DNA from: Candidatus Hydrogenedentota bacterium
Lineage (GTDB): Bacteria > Hydrogenedentota > Hydrogenedentia > Hydrogenedentales > SLHB01
DNA length: 27,682 bases
Assembly (NCBI GenBank): GCA_029974275.1
Contig: JARKSN010000259.1
Span: forward strand, 1 to 27,682
Direction: 5' to 3'
Shown: positions 17,397 to 25,825 of the stretch, piece after piece
Numbering within the stretch: the first letter of the stretch is position 1
How the letters are laid out: the number at the start of each line of letters is the position of its first letter
The notes under the pieces: generated by a model
What the model saw: the letters and a program-made list of their open reading frames with translations, nothing else
The model's database searches: none
Told to the model about the DNA's origin: nothing
Made by a program: the position numbers and the translations under genes

Positions 17397-18641
17397 TCAT
17401 CGCGTCAATCGGTACAATACCTCGCCCGCATGAGGAACCAGCAAGCGCCCCTCGTCCTCGCGGTCTTTCCAGTCGTTGGGATTGATGGACGCCGGGTCGC
17501 GGTAGCCGAGGTTGATGCCGCGGCATTCGGCCTCGGGGATGCCGGTGGCCAGGGTCACCTGCACGCGCGGTTTTTCGACGCCATTCTCGAACGTGCCGAT
17601 GCCGCGGACGTGCGTGCTGTGCGCGAGGATGCCGCCGGGGATGTCGGTGAACTTGTCCATCTGCGCAAGGAAATAATCGCGCGTGTGGTAGCCGATGCGG
17701 CGGATGAGATCGCCATGCGTGACGCTGATTTCGTGCAGGTGCGGCGCATAGATGATGAGTTCGCCGCCGTCCGCCACGACGGGTTCGAGCTTGTACATGC
17801 ACTTGCCCGCGACCCAGAGTTCGTCGTACATCGCCGGGGCCATGGCGAGCACGCTCTTGAACGGCTTGTCCTTGTAGACGATGTGGGTTTTTGCGGAGAG
17901 GTCGGCGGCGGCGGACCATGCGGATTCCGGCGCGCCGTAGAAGATGCCCTTGCAGTCCTTGCCCATCACGTTGAGGCAGAAGCAGCGTTTTTCGATCGGG
18001 ATGAGCGACGCGGCCTTGTCGACCACCGCGCGCACCGGCGTGTACTTCGTGCCGTTGATGAGCGGGTTCGTGATGAGCGCGCCGAGCCAGTGGAAGAGAT
18101 TGAGGATTTCCTCGCCCGCGATGCCGGGGAAAAAGTACTTGTTGCCGCCGCTGAACCCGACGACTTCATGCGGAAACACAGGCCCCGCGATGCAGAGCAG
18201 ATCGTAGTCGAAAATGCGTTTGTTGACGCAAACCTCCGCCGCGCACCGCAGCAGACCGTTCGACAATTCGGCGATTTCGTTCTCGGTGACGGTTCCTATA
18301 TGGCGCAACGCTTGGGGGTTTTTCCATTCGTGGTTGATGATTTCGATATCACCATATGTGCCGCGCCGCTCGTCTTCCGTGATGCCCAACAGCGCGTTGA
18401 TCGCCGCGTCGCTCATGGGCGGGTGCGTGCCCAACGCGATCATGAAGTCCGCCTTCGCCGCGCGTCCCTTCACGGCGCGCAACAACGCGCGAAACATCGC
18501 CGGCATCGGCATGCTCCGCGTGCTGTCGGGAATGATGAACAACACGCGCTTGCCGTCAACGGACTCCTTCGCGAACGCCTCGTGCACAAACGACGACAAT
18601 TCATCGGCGTTGAGGCAACCATTGTCTTTGATTAATTGCAT
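17397..18641 (-). CDS. LarA-superfamily (lactate racemase-like) nickel-pincer-dependent 2-hydroxyacid racemase/epimerase
   Basis: PDSTR, ALGTH, PHEVVGFSGGNK, FHW and GKCMYK motifs match the LarA active-site pattern. Confidence 0.88.
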   Translation of the reverse strand: MQLIKDNGCLNADELSSFVHEAFAKESVDGKRVLFIIPDSTRSMPMPAMFRALLRAVKGRAAKADFMIALGTHPPMSDAAINALLGITEDERRGTYGDIEIINHEWKNPQALRHIGTVTENEIAELSNGLLRCAAEVCVNKRIFDYDLLCIAGPVFPHEVVGFSGGNKYFFPGIAGEEILNLFHWLGALITNPLINGTKYTPVRAVVDKAASLIPIEKRCFCLNVMGKDCKGIFYGAPESAWSAAADLSAKTHIVYKDKPFKSVLAMAPAMYDELWVAGKCMYKLEPVVADGGELIIYAPHLHEISVTHGDLIRRIGYHTRDYFLAQMDKFTDIPGGILAHSTHVRGIGTFENGVEKPRVQVTLATGIPEAECRGINLGYRDPASINPNDWKDREDEGRLLVPHAGEVLYRLTR

Positions 18642-18667
18642 ACTATGTACCTTTTAATGAAGATTCG

Positions 18668-18798
18668 CCACAGAGTCACGGAGCACACAGAGAAAGCACG
18701 GAGAAAGAAAGATGAAACCACAGATGAACACAGATGGCCACAGATAAAAACGGGAAAGATTTCTCTGTGCTCTCAGCGCCTCTGCGTTAGATTCTTTT
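18668..18798. repeat. Intergenic CAC(A/G)GA(G/T) short-unit repeat tract with an inverted arm
   Basis: CACAGAG/CACGGAG four times (18669-18703), CACAGAT three times at 10-bp period (18719-18745), and inverted CTCTGTG/CTCAGCG/CTCTGCG (18763-18786). Confidence 0.7.
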
Positions 18799-18826
18799 TC
18801 CCTTGTTTCGTTGCGTTGAAAAATTT

Positions 18827-19969
18827 CTACACTGCAAAACCCAATTTCATCAACAATCCCGCCAACAACCGGCTCTCAGGCTGCACTATCGCCCGCGTAT
18901 GTTGAAATTCGCGGCGGCGCGGATATTCCTTGCGAAGACGATCGAAGCGCGGGCCGCGTTCTTCCTGTGGCGCGTCGAGTAGCGTGCGCATGGCTGCGTC
19001 GTCGCGCCGAATATCATACACCTTTCGCACGGCCTCGCGCAGTTCGGCTTGCGGGTTGGATGTATCGCCGCGTACGGTCACTTCCGGACATTCCGGCGCG
19101 GGCAACAGCGGTGCGGGGTCCCATGTCGGCGCAACGCCAAGAAACGCGCAGGCCGCGCGGTATATCTGCACCGTGCCGTTCACCTTGCCGTCGAAGGAAT
19201 ACCCCGCGATGTGCGGCGTGCCGATGAAAACCTGTTTCAGCAATTCCACATCGACGAGCGGTTCGCCTTCCCACACGTCCAACGCCGCCGCGCGCATGCG
19301 GCCGCTCGCCAGGGCAACGTTGAGTGCGGCATTGTCCACGACGGCGCCGCGCGAAGTGTTCAGCAGAATCGCGCCGGGCCGGAGTGACTGAAAAAACGCG
19401 GCATCGGCCAGATGGTAGGTGGCGTCGGGACCGTTCTTTGTGAGGGGAACATGAAACGTAACGACGTCGCATGCCGCCGCATCTTCCAGGGTCCCGAATT
19501 CCGCGCCGCCTTCCGCGCGCGCGCGCGGCGGATCGTTCAACACACAACGCATGCCCAGGGCGCGGGCCGCGCGGGCCACGCGCGATCCGACGTTGCCGAC
19601 GCCGATGACGCCAAGCGACATCGCGCCGAGTTGGAGCGTGTAGCGTCCCGCCAGTTCGAGCAATGCCGCCGCGATATATTGCGCCACGCTTTCGGCGTTG
19701 CAGCCGGGCGCGGAGGAAAACCCGATGCCGCGCTCCGCCAAGTAGCTTTTGTCGATGTGGTCTTCGCCAATCGTGGCCGTTGCGACGAAACGCACCGATG
19801 AACCTTCGAGCAATGCGGCGTTTACCTTGGTGATCGAACGCACCATCAACAGGTCCGCATCGCGCACGGCCTCGGGCGACAACGTGCGGCCCGGCAGCGC
19901 CGCGACTTCGCCCAAGGTCGAGAAGGCTTCGCGCGCGTACGGAATGTTTTCGTCGGCCACGATTTTCAT
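18827..19969 (-). CDS. pdxB: 4-phosphoerythronate dehydrogenase
   Basis: MKIVADENIPY, VRSITKV, ATIGEDHID, APGCNA, GVGNVG, FHVPLT, DVWEGEP, TPHIAGYS and FDRLRKEYPRRREF motifs. Confidence 0.95.
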   Translation of the reverse strand: MKIVADENIPYAREAFSTLGEVAALPGRTLSPEAVRDADLLMVRSITKVNAALLEGSSVRFVATATIGEDHIDKSYLAERGIGFSSAPGCNAESVAQYIAAALLELAGRYTLQLGAMSLGVIGVGNVGSRVARAARALGMRCVLNDPPRARAEGGAEFGTLEDAAACDVVTFHVPLTKNGPDATYHLADAAFFQSLRPGAILLNTSRGAVVDNAALNVALASGRMRAAALDVWEGEPLVDVELLKQVFIGTPHIAGYSFDGKVNGTVQIYRAACAFLGVAPTWDPAPLLPAPECPEVTVRGDTSNPQAELREAVRKVYDIRRDDAAMRTLLDAPQEERGPRFDRLRKEYPRRREFQHTRAIVQPESRLLAGLLMKLGFAV

Positions 19970-20012
19970 GGCAGGGCTTGTCTCCTGTCGCTTCGCCGAT
20001 TTCGCGGAAAGA

Positions 20013-20846
20013 TCACTCGTGCGTCTCGCGATCGCGGCGGTTTTTGGTCTTGCGACGCGGCGCGGGGGCGTCTTCGTCGGACGAGACGGTTTTTCGGGGG
20101 CGACGGGCCTTGGGCGGCGGGGCGTCGTCTTCTTCGTCGTCCTGTGCGCGCGCACGCGGCGCGGCGCTTTTCCGCGCGGACTTGGGCGTTGCGTTCGCCG
20201 GGGCGCCCGGGATCGAGTAGACCGTCGCGCCCTTGCGGCGGCGGCGCTTGGGCTGCGCTATCATGTCGATGGCTTCTTCCCCCGTCGTGTCGGCGTCGGG
20301 GCAAAACGATCCCGTGTTGCTTTGGGCCGCCTCGGCGAGGCCGACGATCAAGCGCTGTCCCAACGGCAACCGCGCGTGCGCGTGGCGTTCGCGTTTTTTG
20401 GGGCGCGCCATGGCGATGAGGCACGCCGCTGCTGCCGCAGACGCCATGAATGCGATGTCGCCCCATCCGAAGGAGTTCGCGACGAGGGAGCCAAGCCGGG
20501 CAAATGGAACCCGCGTCACAAGGGAAAAAATCGATTCGGCGTTCTGCGATGCCGTGAACAGGCATACGCTGCCGATGGCGCCCAGCAGAATGCCCGGCGC
20601 GGCGCATGCCGCGGCTGTCAGACCCAACGCAATGCTTCGGCGGCGTTCCTGCGTAGCGAAAAAGACGCCAAGTCCCGCGGCGAAACCGACGGATACCGAA
20701 GCGGCGCTTTCCAGGCAGTGCATGGCCGCCGAGATCATCACCCAAACGAGAGCGCCTACGGCCGATCCTGCGAGCCCCAAGGCTATGGCCGTCGCGAAAT
20801 CTTTTGCCGCGGCCTTTGGCGGCCTTTCTTCTGTCGCGTTTTCCAT
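20013..20846 (-). CDS. Hypothetical membrane protein with a charged low-complexity C-terminal tail
   Basis: About 4 TM segments, then an Arg/Lys/Asp-rich tail. Fits between the HAD gene and pdxB with short gaps. Confidence 0.7.
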   Translation of the reverse strand: MENATEERPPKAAAKDFATAIALGLAGSAVGALVWVMISAAMHCLESAASVSVGFAAGLGVFFATQERRRSIALGLTAAACAAPGILLGAIGSVCLFTASQNAESIFSLVTRVPFARLGSLVANSFGWGDIAFMASAAAAACLIAMARPKKRERHAHARLPLGQRLIVGLAEAAQSNTGSFCPDADTTGEEAIDMIAQPKRRRRKGATVYSIPGAPANATPKSARKSAAPRARAQDDEEDDAPPPKARRPRKTVSSDEDAPAPRRKTKNRRDRETHE

Positions 20847-20871
20847 GATGGGAACGAAACCCGATGGCGCT

Positions 20872-21771
20872 CTACCCGCGCGTTTTTTTCCATGGCGGCG
20901 TTTCGGGCAACAGTTTGCCGAACTCGGCGATCAACGAGTCTTCGTATTCGCCGGCGAAGGAACCGCTGAAGAAACGGTCGAGGCCTTCGTCGTGAAAGCG
21001 CCGCCACGATTCCTCTTCCTCTCCGGGATTGATCGGGAAGAACAGGGCTCCGTTGGCGCGGGCGGCCTTCAGATCGCCGAGGGCGTCGCCGATCATCAGC
21101 ATCTTGTTTTTCTCGTAGCGGCCTTCCGAGCAGAGGGCGATGTGTTCAGCCTTGGTGCCGAATTCCTGGCCGGCGATGGTGAAGACAAAGCGTTCCAGCC
21201 CCTGCTCGCGCCACTCGCGCACAAGGGCCTCGGTCGGCGTTTGACTGCACACCAGCAAATCGGCTTTTTGTTCTGCGCGCTCGAAGGATTCGCGCACGTG
21301 GGGAAACGCGGGCAATCCTCCCTGCACGATATCCTCGACGGCGGCATTCACGGCCTTGCTCCATTCGAGCGCCTTGCGCAAATCTTCTCCGTCGTGCCGT
21401 TGACAGTGCGCCTCGAGTTGTGCGTTGCCCAATTTGGTCTCGGTCTCGATCCAGCGGCGCAGGTTCGGCGTCTTGGGCACGTCAAAGCCGCGTTCCTGGA
21501 CCTTGTCCCATTCCGCCAGCAGGTCGAACACCTTCGTGAGCGCCGGGAAACGGTTGATGCCGCGCCATTTTGAATAGAGATTCACGAATTCGGCGGCTTG
21601 CCGCACGTATTTGGAGATCGGCTGCAGCCCCCACATCTTGATGTGCGTGGGGATGAAGCATTCCTTCTGCTTGATTTCCATGGTGTCGAACACGCAGCCG
21701 TCCGAGTCAATGGCGATAAGATATTCGTATTTCGGCGTGTGGTCTCTGAGGGCGGCGACTGGGTCTGTCAT
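20872..21771 (-). CDS. HAD-superfamily hydrolase
   Basis: Motif I IDSDGCVFD, motif II VCS, Lys in GTK, motif IV MIGDALGD. Confidence 0.9.
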   Translation of the reverse strand: MTDPVAALRDHTPKYEYLIAIDSDGCVFDTMEIKQKECFIPTHIKMWGLQPISKYVRQAAEFVNLYSKWRGINRFPALTKVFDLLAEWDKVQERGFDVPKTPNLRRWIETETKLGNAQLEAHCQRHDGEDLRKALEWSKAVNAAVEDIVQGGLPAFPHVRESFERAEQKADLLVCSQTPTEALVREWREQGLERFVFTIAGQEFGTKAEHIALCSEGRYEKNKMLMIGDALGDLKAARANGALFFPINPGEEEESWRRFHDEGLDRFFSGSFAGEYEDSLIAEFGKLLPETPPWKKTRG

Positions 21772-21789
21772 GCGTCTTTTCCTTTTCTG

Positions 21790-22614
21790 TTATACGCCGG
21801 AGAACGCGGAAAAACCGCCGTCCACCGGCAATACGATGCCGGTGACGAAACGCGCCGCGTCCGAGGCGAGCCAGACCGCGGCGCCGACGAGATCCTCTGG
21901 CTTGCCAAAGGAGCCCATCGGCGTGTGCGCGAGGATGGTCTTGCCGCGATCGGTCAATTCCCCGGTTTCCTTATCGGTGAGGAGGAAGCGGTTTTGTTCC
22001 GTGAGGAAAAAGCCCGGCGCAATGGCATTGACGCGCAGCGTGCGGCTGTACTCTTGCGCGAGATGCACCGCGAGCCATTGCGTGAAGTTGCTGACGGCCG
22101 CCTTGGCCGCGCTATAGCCGGGGATGCGCGTCAACGGACGGAACGCGTTCATCGAGGAGATGTTGATGATCGATCCGCCGTCGGGGTTGTCTTTCATGCG
22201 TTTGCCGAACGTTTGCGCAGGCAAAATCGCCCCGCCCAGCAAATTCAGATCGATCACCTTGCTCAGCGCGTCGGCAGGCAGATCAAAAAAGGAAAGATCG
22301 GGGGAGGTCGTTGCGTTCTTCATGTTGCCGCCCACGCCGCTGACCAGAATGTCCACACGCTCGAAATCGCGGCAGATCGCGTCGCAACATGCGTCGAGCG
22401 ACGTTTTTTCCAACGCGTTTACGGCATAGGCGGCCGCCGTGCCTCCCGCTTGGCGGATTGGGTCGGCGCATGCTTGCGCCAACTCCCGCGACAGATCGGC
22501 CACGGCGACGGCAGCGCCTGCGGCGGCGAGCCCTTGCGCGATGGCGCCGCCCAAAACGCCGCCGCCTGCCGTAACCACGGCCACTTTCCCGTCCAATCGC
22601 AAAGAGGGCAGCAT
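21790..22614 (-). CDS. uxuB: SDR oxidoreductase, D-mannonate oxidoreductase (UxuB-like)
   Basis: TAGGGVLG, GGN, SSMNAFRPLTRIPGYSAAKAAVSNFTQWLAVH, HTPMG and VDGGFSAFSGV motifs. ATG at 22614 follows GAAGGGAG. Confidence 0.82.
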   Translation of the reverse strand: MLPSLRLDGKVAVVTAGGGVLGGAIAQGLAAAGAAVAVADLSRELAQACADPIRQAGGTAAAYAVNALEKTSLDACCDAICRDFERVDILVSGVGGNMKNATTSPDLSFFDLPADALSKVIDLNLLGGAILPAQTFGKRMKDNPDGGSIINISSMNAFRPLTRIPGYSAAKAAVSNFTQWLAVHLAQEYSRTLRVNAIAPGFFLTEQNRFLLTDKETGELTDRGKTILAHTPMGSFGKPEDLVGAAVWLASDAARFVTGIVLPVDGGFSAFSGV

Positions 22615-22663
22615 GTCTTTTTCGCGACTCCCTTCTGTTTTTCGTCGAAAAACGCAAAATGGG

Positions 22664-22692
22664 ACTGTAGCACATGCCCGCCATGGGGTCAA
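22664..22692 (-). promoter_or_regulatory. sigma70 promoter of the SDR-HAD run
   Basis: TTGACC-17 bp-TACAGT with an extended -10 TGn. Confidence 0.75.
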
Positions 22693-22696
22693 AAAA

Positions 22697-22725
22697 GCGA
22701 ACTTGATTTGCGAACTTGATTTGCG
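22697..22725. repeat. 13-bp tandem direct repeat in the divergent promoter region
   Basis: GCGAACTTGATTT-GCGAACTTGATTT-GCG. Confidence 0.8.
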
Positions 22726-22822
22726 TTGCAAAAGCGTGTTATGTACGCAGACTCGTGTCGGCGGCGCGGTTTTCAGGATGGCGCGATGCGCGCCAAGCCC
22801 TATTGGTTAGGGAAAGGATGCC

Positions 22823-23161
22823 ATGTCTCACTACGTGACCGAACCATGCATCAAGTGCAAGTACACCGATTGCGTAGCGGTTTGTCCGGTGGACTGTTTT
22901 CACGAAGGCGCCAACATGCTGGCCATCGATCCCGGCGAGTGCATCGATTGCGGCGCTTGCGTGGATGAATGTCCGGTGCATGCCATTTATCCGGAGGAAG
23001 ACATTCCGGACAAGTGGAAGGACTTCATCGATCTGAACATCAAATACGCGGCGGAATGGCCTGTCATTACGGCGACGCAGGACCCCTTGCCCTCGGCCGA
23101 GGAATACAAGGACAAGGAAGATAAGCTGGGCGAATTCGATCCCAGCCCGGCGCCGCGCTGA
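22823..23161 (+). CDS. fdxA: Ferredoxin, 7Fe ([3Fe-4S][4Fe-4S]) FdxA type
   Basis: YVTEPCIKCKYTDCVAVCPVDCF...IDPGECIDCGACVDECPVHAI...WPVIT; RBS AAAGGA. Confidence 0.95.
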   Translation: MSHYVTEPCIKCKYTDCVAVCPVDCFHEGANMLAIDPGECIDCGACVDECPVHAIYPEEDIPDKWKDFIDLNIKYAAEWPVITATQDPLPSAEEYKDKEDKLGEFDPSPAPR

Positions 23162-23192
23162 AACGGTTGTGGCCAAGGCGCGCGGCGTTTTG

Positions 23193-24302
23193 TCAGGGCG
23201 TTGACGCGGAGGCGGTTCCTGCTGCGGGGGCGATGCGCTCGGCGGCGCCGCGACGGCGGATATGGATGGATCCTTGAATTGCATCGTATCCGAACTCAGG
23301 CGCGAGCCACTGCCGCACCAGCAAGTCCATCGCCGTGGCCACGCGCACGTTTCGCAGGGTCACGGGATTGACCGGCAGACCCTGTACGTCTTTCTCCGCC
23401 GTGATGGGCGCCGCCGCCTGTTCCGAAAGAGTCCCCAGCACGGAGTCAAGCCGGCTTGCCGCAAAACGCAGGGGGAACCGGGCGGGGTCTTTGCTGCGTT
23501 GGGGCAGATACACGTCGATTCGTTTATCGAGGAGAGCCTTCGAGGCGGCGTCGAGGCGATCGGCGTTGAGCAATGCCGAGGGAGGATTTGCGTTGGCCGG
23601 ACTTCGAAGCAACACGTATTCTTCGGTGGCCTCGATCGTCACGGTTACGACGCGCGCGGACTTCAGCATCGCCTCCAGCGCGTCTGGAACGCTTGCATGG
23701 GCGAGGGCTATTTCGCCGCATTGAGCGTCGCCGACGGCATTGTCAGCGACCAGCGTGACGTTCAGCGCGTGCCCCATCCACGCCAAAGCGGCATACAGCG
23801 GCATCCCGGCTCCGAATGCGATGGACCCGGTGATTTCCCGGTATTTGGACGGCAGTTGTCCCGTCAGCGAGATGTCCGTCAGTTGTTCGTATCCGGGGAC
23901 GTACACAAACGCGTATGCGGGCATGGTTTGCACCTGGCACTGCCCGACGGAGGCAAAGGCGTCGGCAATCTGCTTGGCGGATCGGCCACGCGAGAAGTTC
24001 AGCGGTTTCTCCAGGCGGATGTCTTGAAGCCCCATCATCAGCGCGATGTTCGCCTCCGACGTCTCGCCGGCGTGGCGGACCGCCCATCCGAGCGTGTTGC
24101 CGTCGAGGCGGGAGCCTTCGGCGGGCGACGGCTCCTGCGCCGCGGGTTGCGGTTTCTCCTTGCGTCCGCGTTTGCGCGTCCCTGCCGATGGCGTCGCTTT
24201 TTCCGCCGCCGTGGCGTTTTGCTCGTCATGAGCGTCGGCGAAGGACGCGTCCGGAATGGCAAGCAGCGCCGCTACGATACAGAGGACTGCGCTACGAAAC
24301 AT
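23193..24302 (-). CDS. Exported hypothetical protein with STN/secretin-N-like repeats
   Basis: Signal peptide ending ASFA. Repeated pattern PLYAALAWMGHALNVTLV...SVPDALEAML and RLDSVLGTLSEQAAAPI...VTLRNVRVATAMDLL. Confidence 0.7.
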   Translation of the reverse strand: MFRSAVLCIVAALLAIPDASFADAHDEQNATAAEKATPSAGTRKRGRKEKPQPAAQEPSPAEGSRLDGNTLGWAVRHAGETSEANIALMMGLQDIRLEKPLNFSRGRSAKQIADAFASVGQCQVQTMPAYAFVYVPGYEQLTDISLTGQLPSKYREITGSIAFGAGMPLYAALAWMGHALNVTLVADNAVGDAQCGEIALAHASVPDALEAMLKSARVVTVTIEATEEYVLLRSPANANPPSALLNADRLDAASKALLDKRIDVYLPQRSKDPARFPLRFAASRLDSVLGTLSEQAAAPITAEKDVQGLPVNPVTLRNVRVATAMDLLVRQWLAPEFGYDAIQGSIHIRRRGAAERIAPAAGTASASTP

Positions 24303-24476
24303 CCGGCCCGCCTCTCTGAAAAAAGCCCAAAGTCATCGTTGAACTCCCCCCCAGGATGCCCGAAAGGCTTCTGCCGGGGCCGTTCCTGTTCAGGCTCTCT
24401 TGTCGCCGCGCCCGGCGCCACGAAAGCGGCGCCGAAACCGTTTCCCTACGTTCATCTCCCAAACCGCGGGAGAGTT

Positions 24477-25085
24477 TCACGCGCCGTCCGAGTCGGCATA
24501 CACCATCGGTCCGCGAAAACAACGAGGACATAGCAGCGACCCGTCCTGCGTGCGATTGCGGGTCGCTTGCTCGCAACACGCGACGCACACCGCGGCGTTG
24601 CAGCGCGAACACGCCAGCCCCGTATCCGGCGGAAGCCCCCTGAGGACGCTTGGGCGATCGAGGCGTGCGTCGTGCGGCGGCGCGGATCGAGCGAGAACCG
24701 TGCGGCATTCCGCGCAGCGATGGGGCGTCGCATGCGGCAAATACATATTGGCGCCGATCCATTCGTAGCCGCGACGGCTTGCCGCAAAGACGTGGGCGGC
24801 GTTGCAGCCGGGACAGACATAATCCCACAATTTGCGCCCCACCAAGTCGGGCCGCATCCGGACCGTCAAGGCCATTTCCTCTCGCGACAAGGGCGTGAGG
24901 TCCTTGCCAGAAAATATCATGAGAGCCTGACACGTCGGGCACTTGCGGTCAAGCGATCGGCTTCCGGCGGGCGTTCGCGTGGAAGACGCCGACATCCGCG
25001 ATCGCTTCGCCATCCAGGCAACCCATCCGAAGCCCAGCGTTGCAACGGCCAGCGCCGCCAGCAGGCTGTATAATTCATCGTTCAA
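24477..25085 (-). CDS. Membrane-anchored multi-CxxC (putative zinc-finger) protein
   Basis: Likely TTG start at 25085 after AGGA. One N-terminal TM, then CPTC, CPGC, CAEC, CSRC, CVACC and CPRC. Confidence 0.75.
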   Translation of the reverse strand: MNDELYSLLAALAVATLGFGWVAWMAKRSRMSASSTRTPAGSRSLDRKCPTCQALMIFSGKDLTPLSREEMALTVRMRPDLVGRKLWDYVCPGCNAAHVFAASRRGYEWIGANMYLPHATPHRCAECRTVLARSAPPHDARLDRPSVLRGLPPDTGLACSRCNAAVCVACCEQATRNRTQDGSLLCPRCFRGPMVYADSDGA

Positions 25086-25123
25086 AAGAGCATTCCTGCA
25101 ATGGCGGGGCTCCGAGATCCAGA

Positions 25124-25759
25124 TTATTCCTGGGTCTGGGTCACGCTGATCACGGTTTCGTTGTTGTTGGAGATGATCATGACCATGGCCATGCGATCGT
25201 CTTTCTCGCCGTGCAACATGATCATCGTCTGACCCACGGTTTGCTCCATTTTCTGAGCGAGGGTCCACCCGTTTTCCTGCAAGGCTTTTTCGTAATACGC
25301 GGCCACCTCGGACATGGGGGAGGACGTTTTCCATTGAGCCGTGATCGTCTTGTCCTCTTTGCTTTCGCTGGCCAGCGTAAGCGTGGCGTTGCTGTACTGA
25401 GGCAAGTCCTTCGGGTAGTTGTCGGGCAGCTTGGCTGCGTCGCCAATCGTCGCGGAGAAATCGCCTTTTTCGGCGGATATTTTCATCGAATTCGCCGTCA
25501 TTTCAACCGTGCCGTCCGACGATTCGGCCGTCATCGACCCGTCCTTGTGAAGCGTCATTTTCCCGCCGTCGGGTCCGGAGAAGACGACCTGCGCCGGGGG
25601 CTTGGCGCCTTCCGTTTGGGAGGTTTTCGATACGTCTGCAGCCGGCGGGGAAGGCGGCGGCGCGTCCTTTTTGCCGCATCCCGTCAGGGAAGCGAGGACC
25701 CACCCTGCGGCCATGGCCCAGACGGCAAAGACCGCCACTGTTTTCATCCTTGCGTTCAT
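25124..25759 (-). CDS. Hypothetical lipoprotein
   Basis: RBS GAAAGGAG, lipobox LTGC, Pro-rich linker, LPDNYPKDLPQY...EVAAYYEKALQENGW. Confidence 0.85.
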   Translation of the reverse strand: MNARMKTVAVFAVWAMAAGWVLASLTGCGKKDAPPPSPPAADVSKTSQTEGAKPPAQVVFSGPDGGKMTLHKDGSMTAESSDGTVEMTANSMKISAEKGDFSATIGDAAKLPDNYPKDLPQYSNATLTLASESKEDKTITAQWKTSSPMSEVAAYYEKALQENGWTLAQKMEQTVGQTMIMLHGEKDDRMAMVMIISNNNETVISVTQTQE

Positions 25760-25825
25760 GATGCCTGCTCCTTTCGAAATCCATGCGGTATGAAGCCACG
25801 GCGCCACGGCCCAATCCGAGACGGG

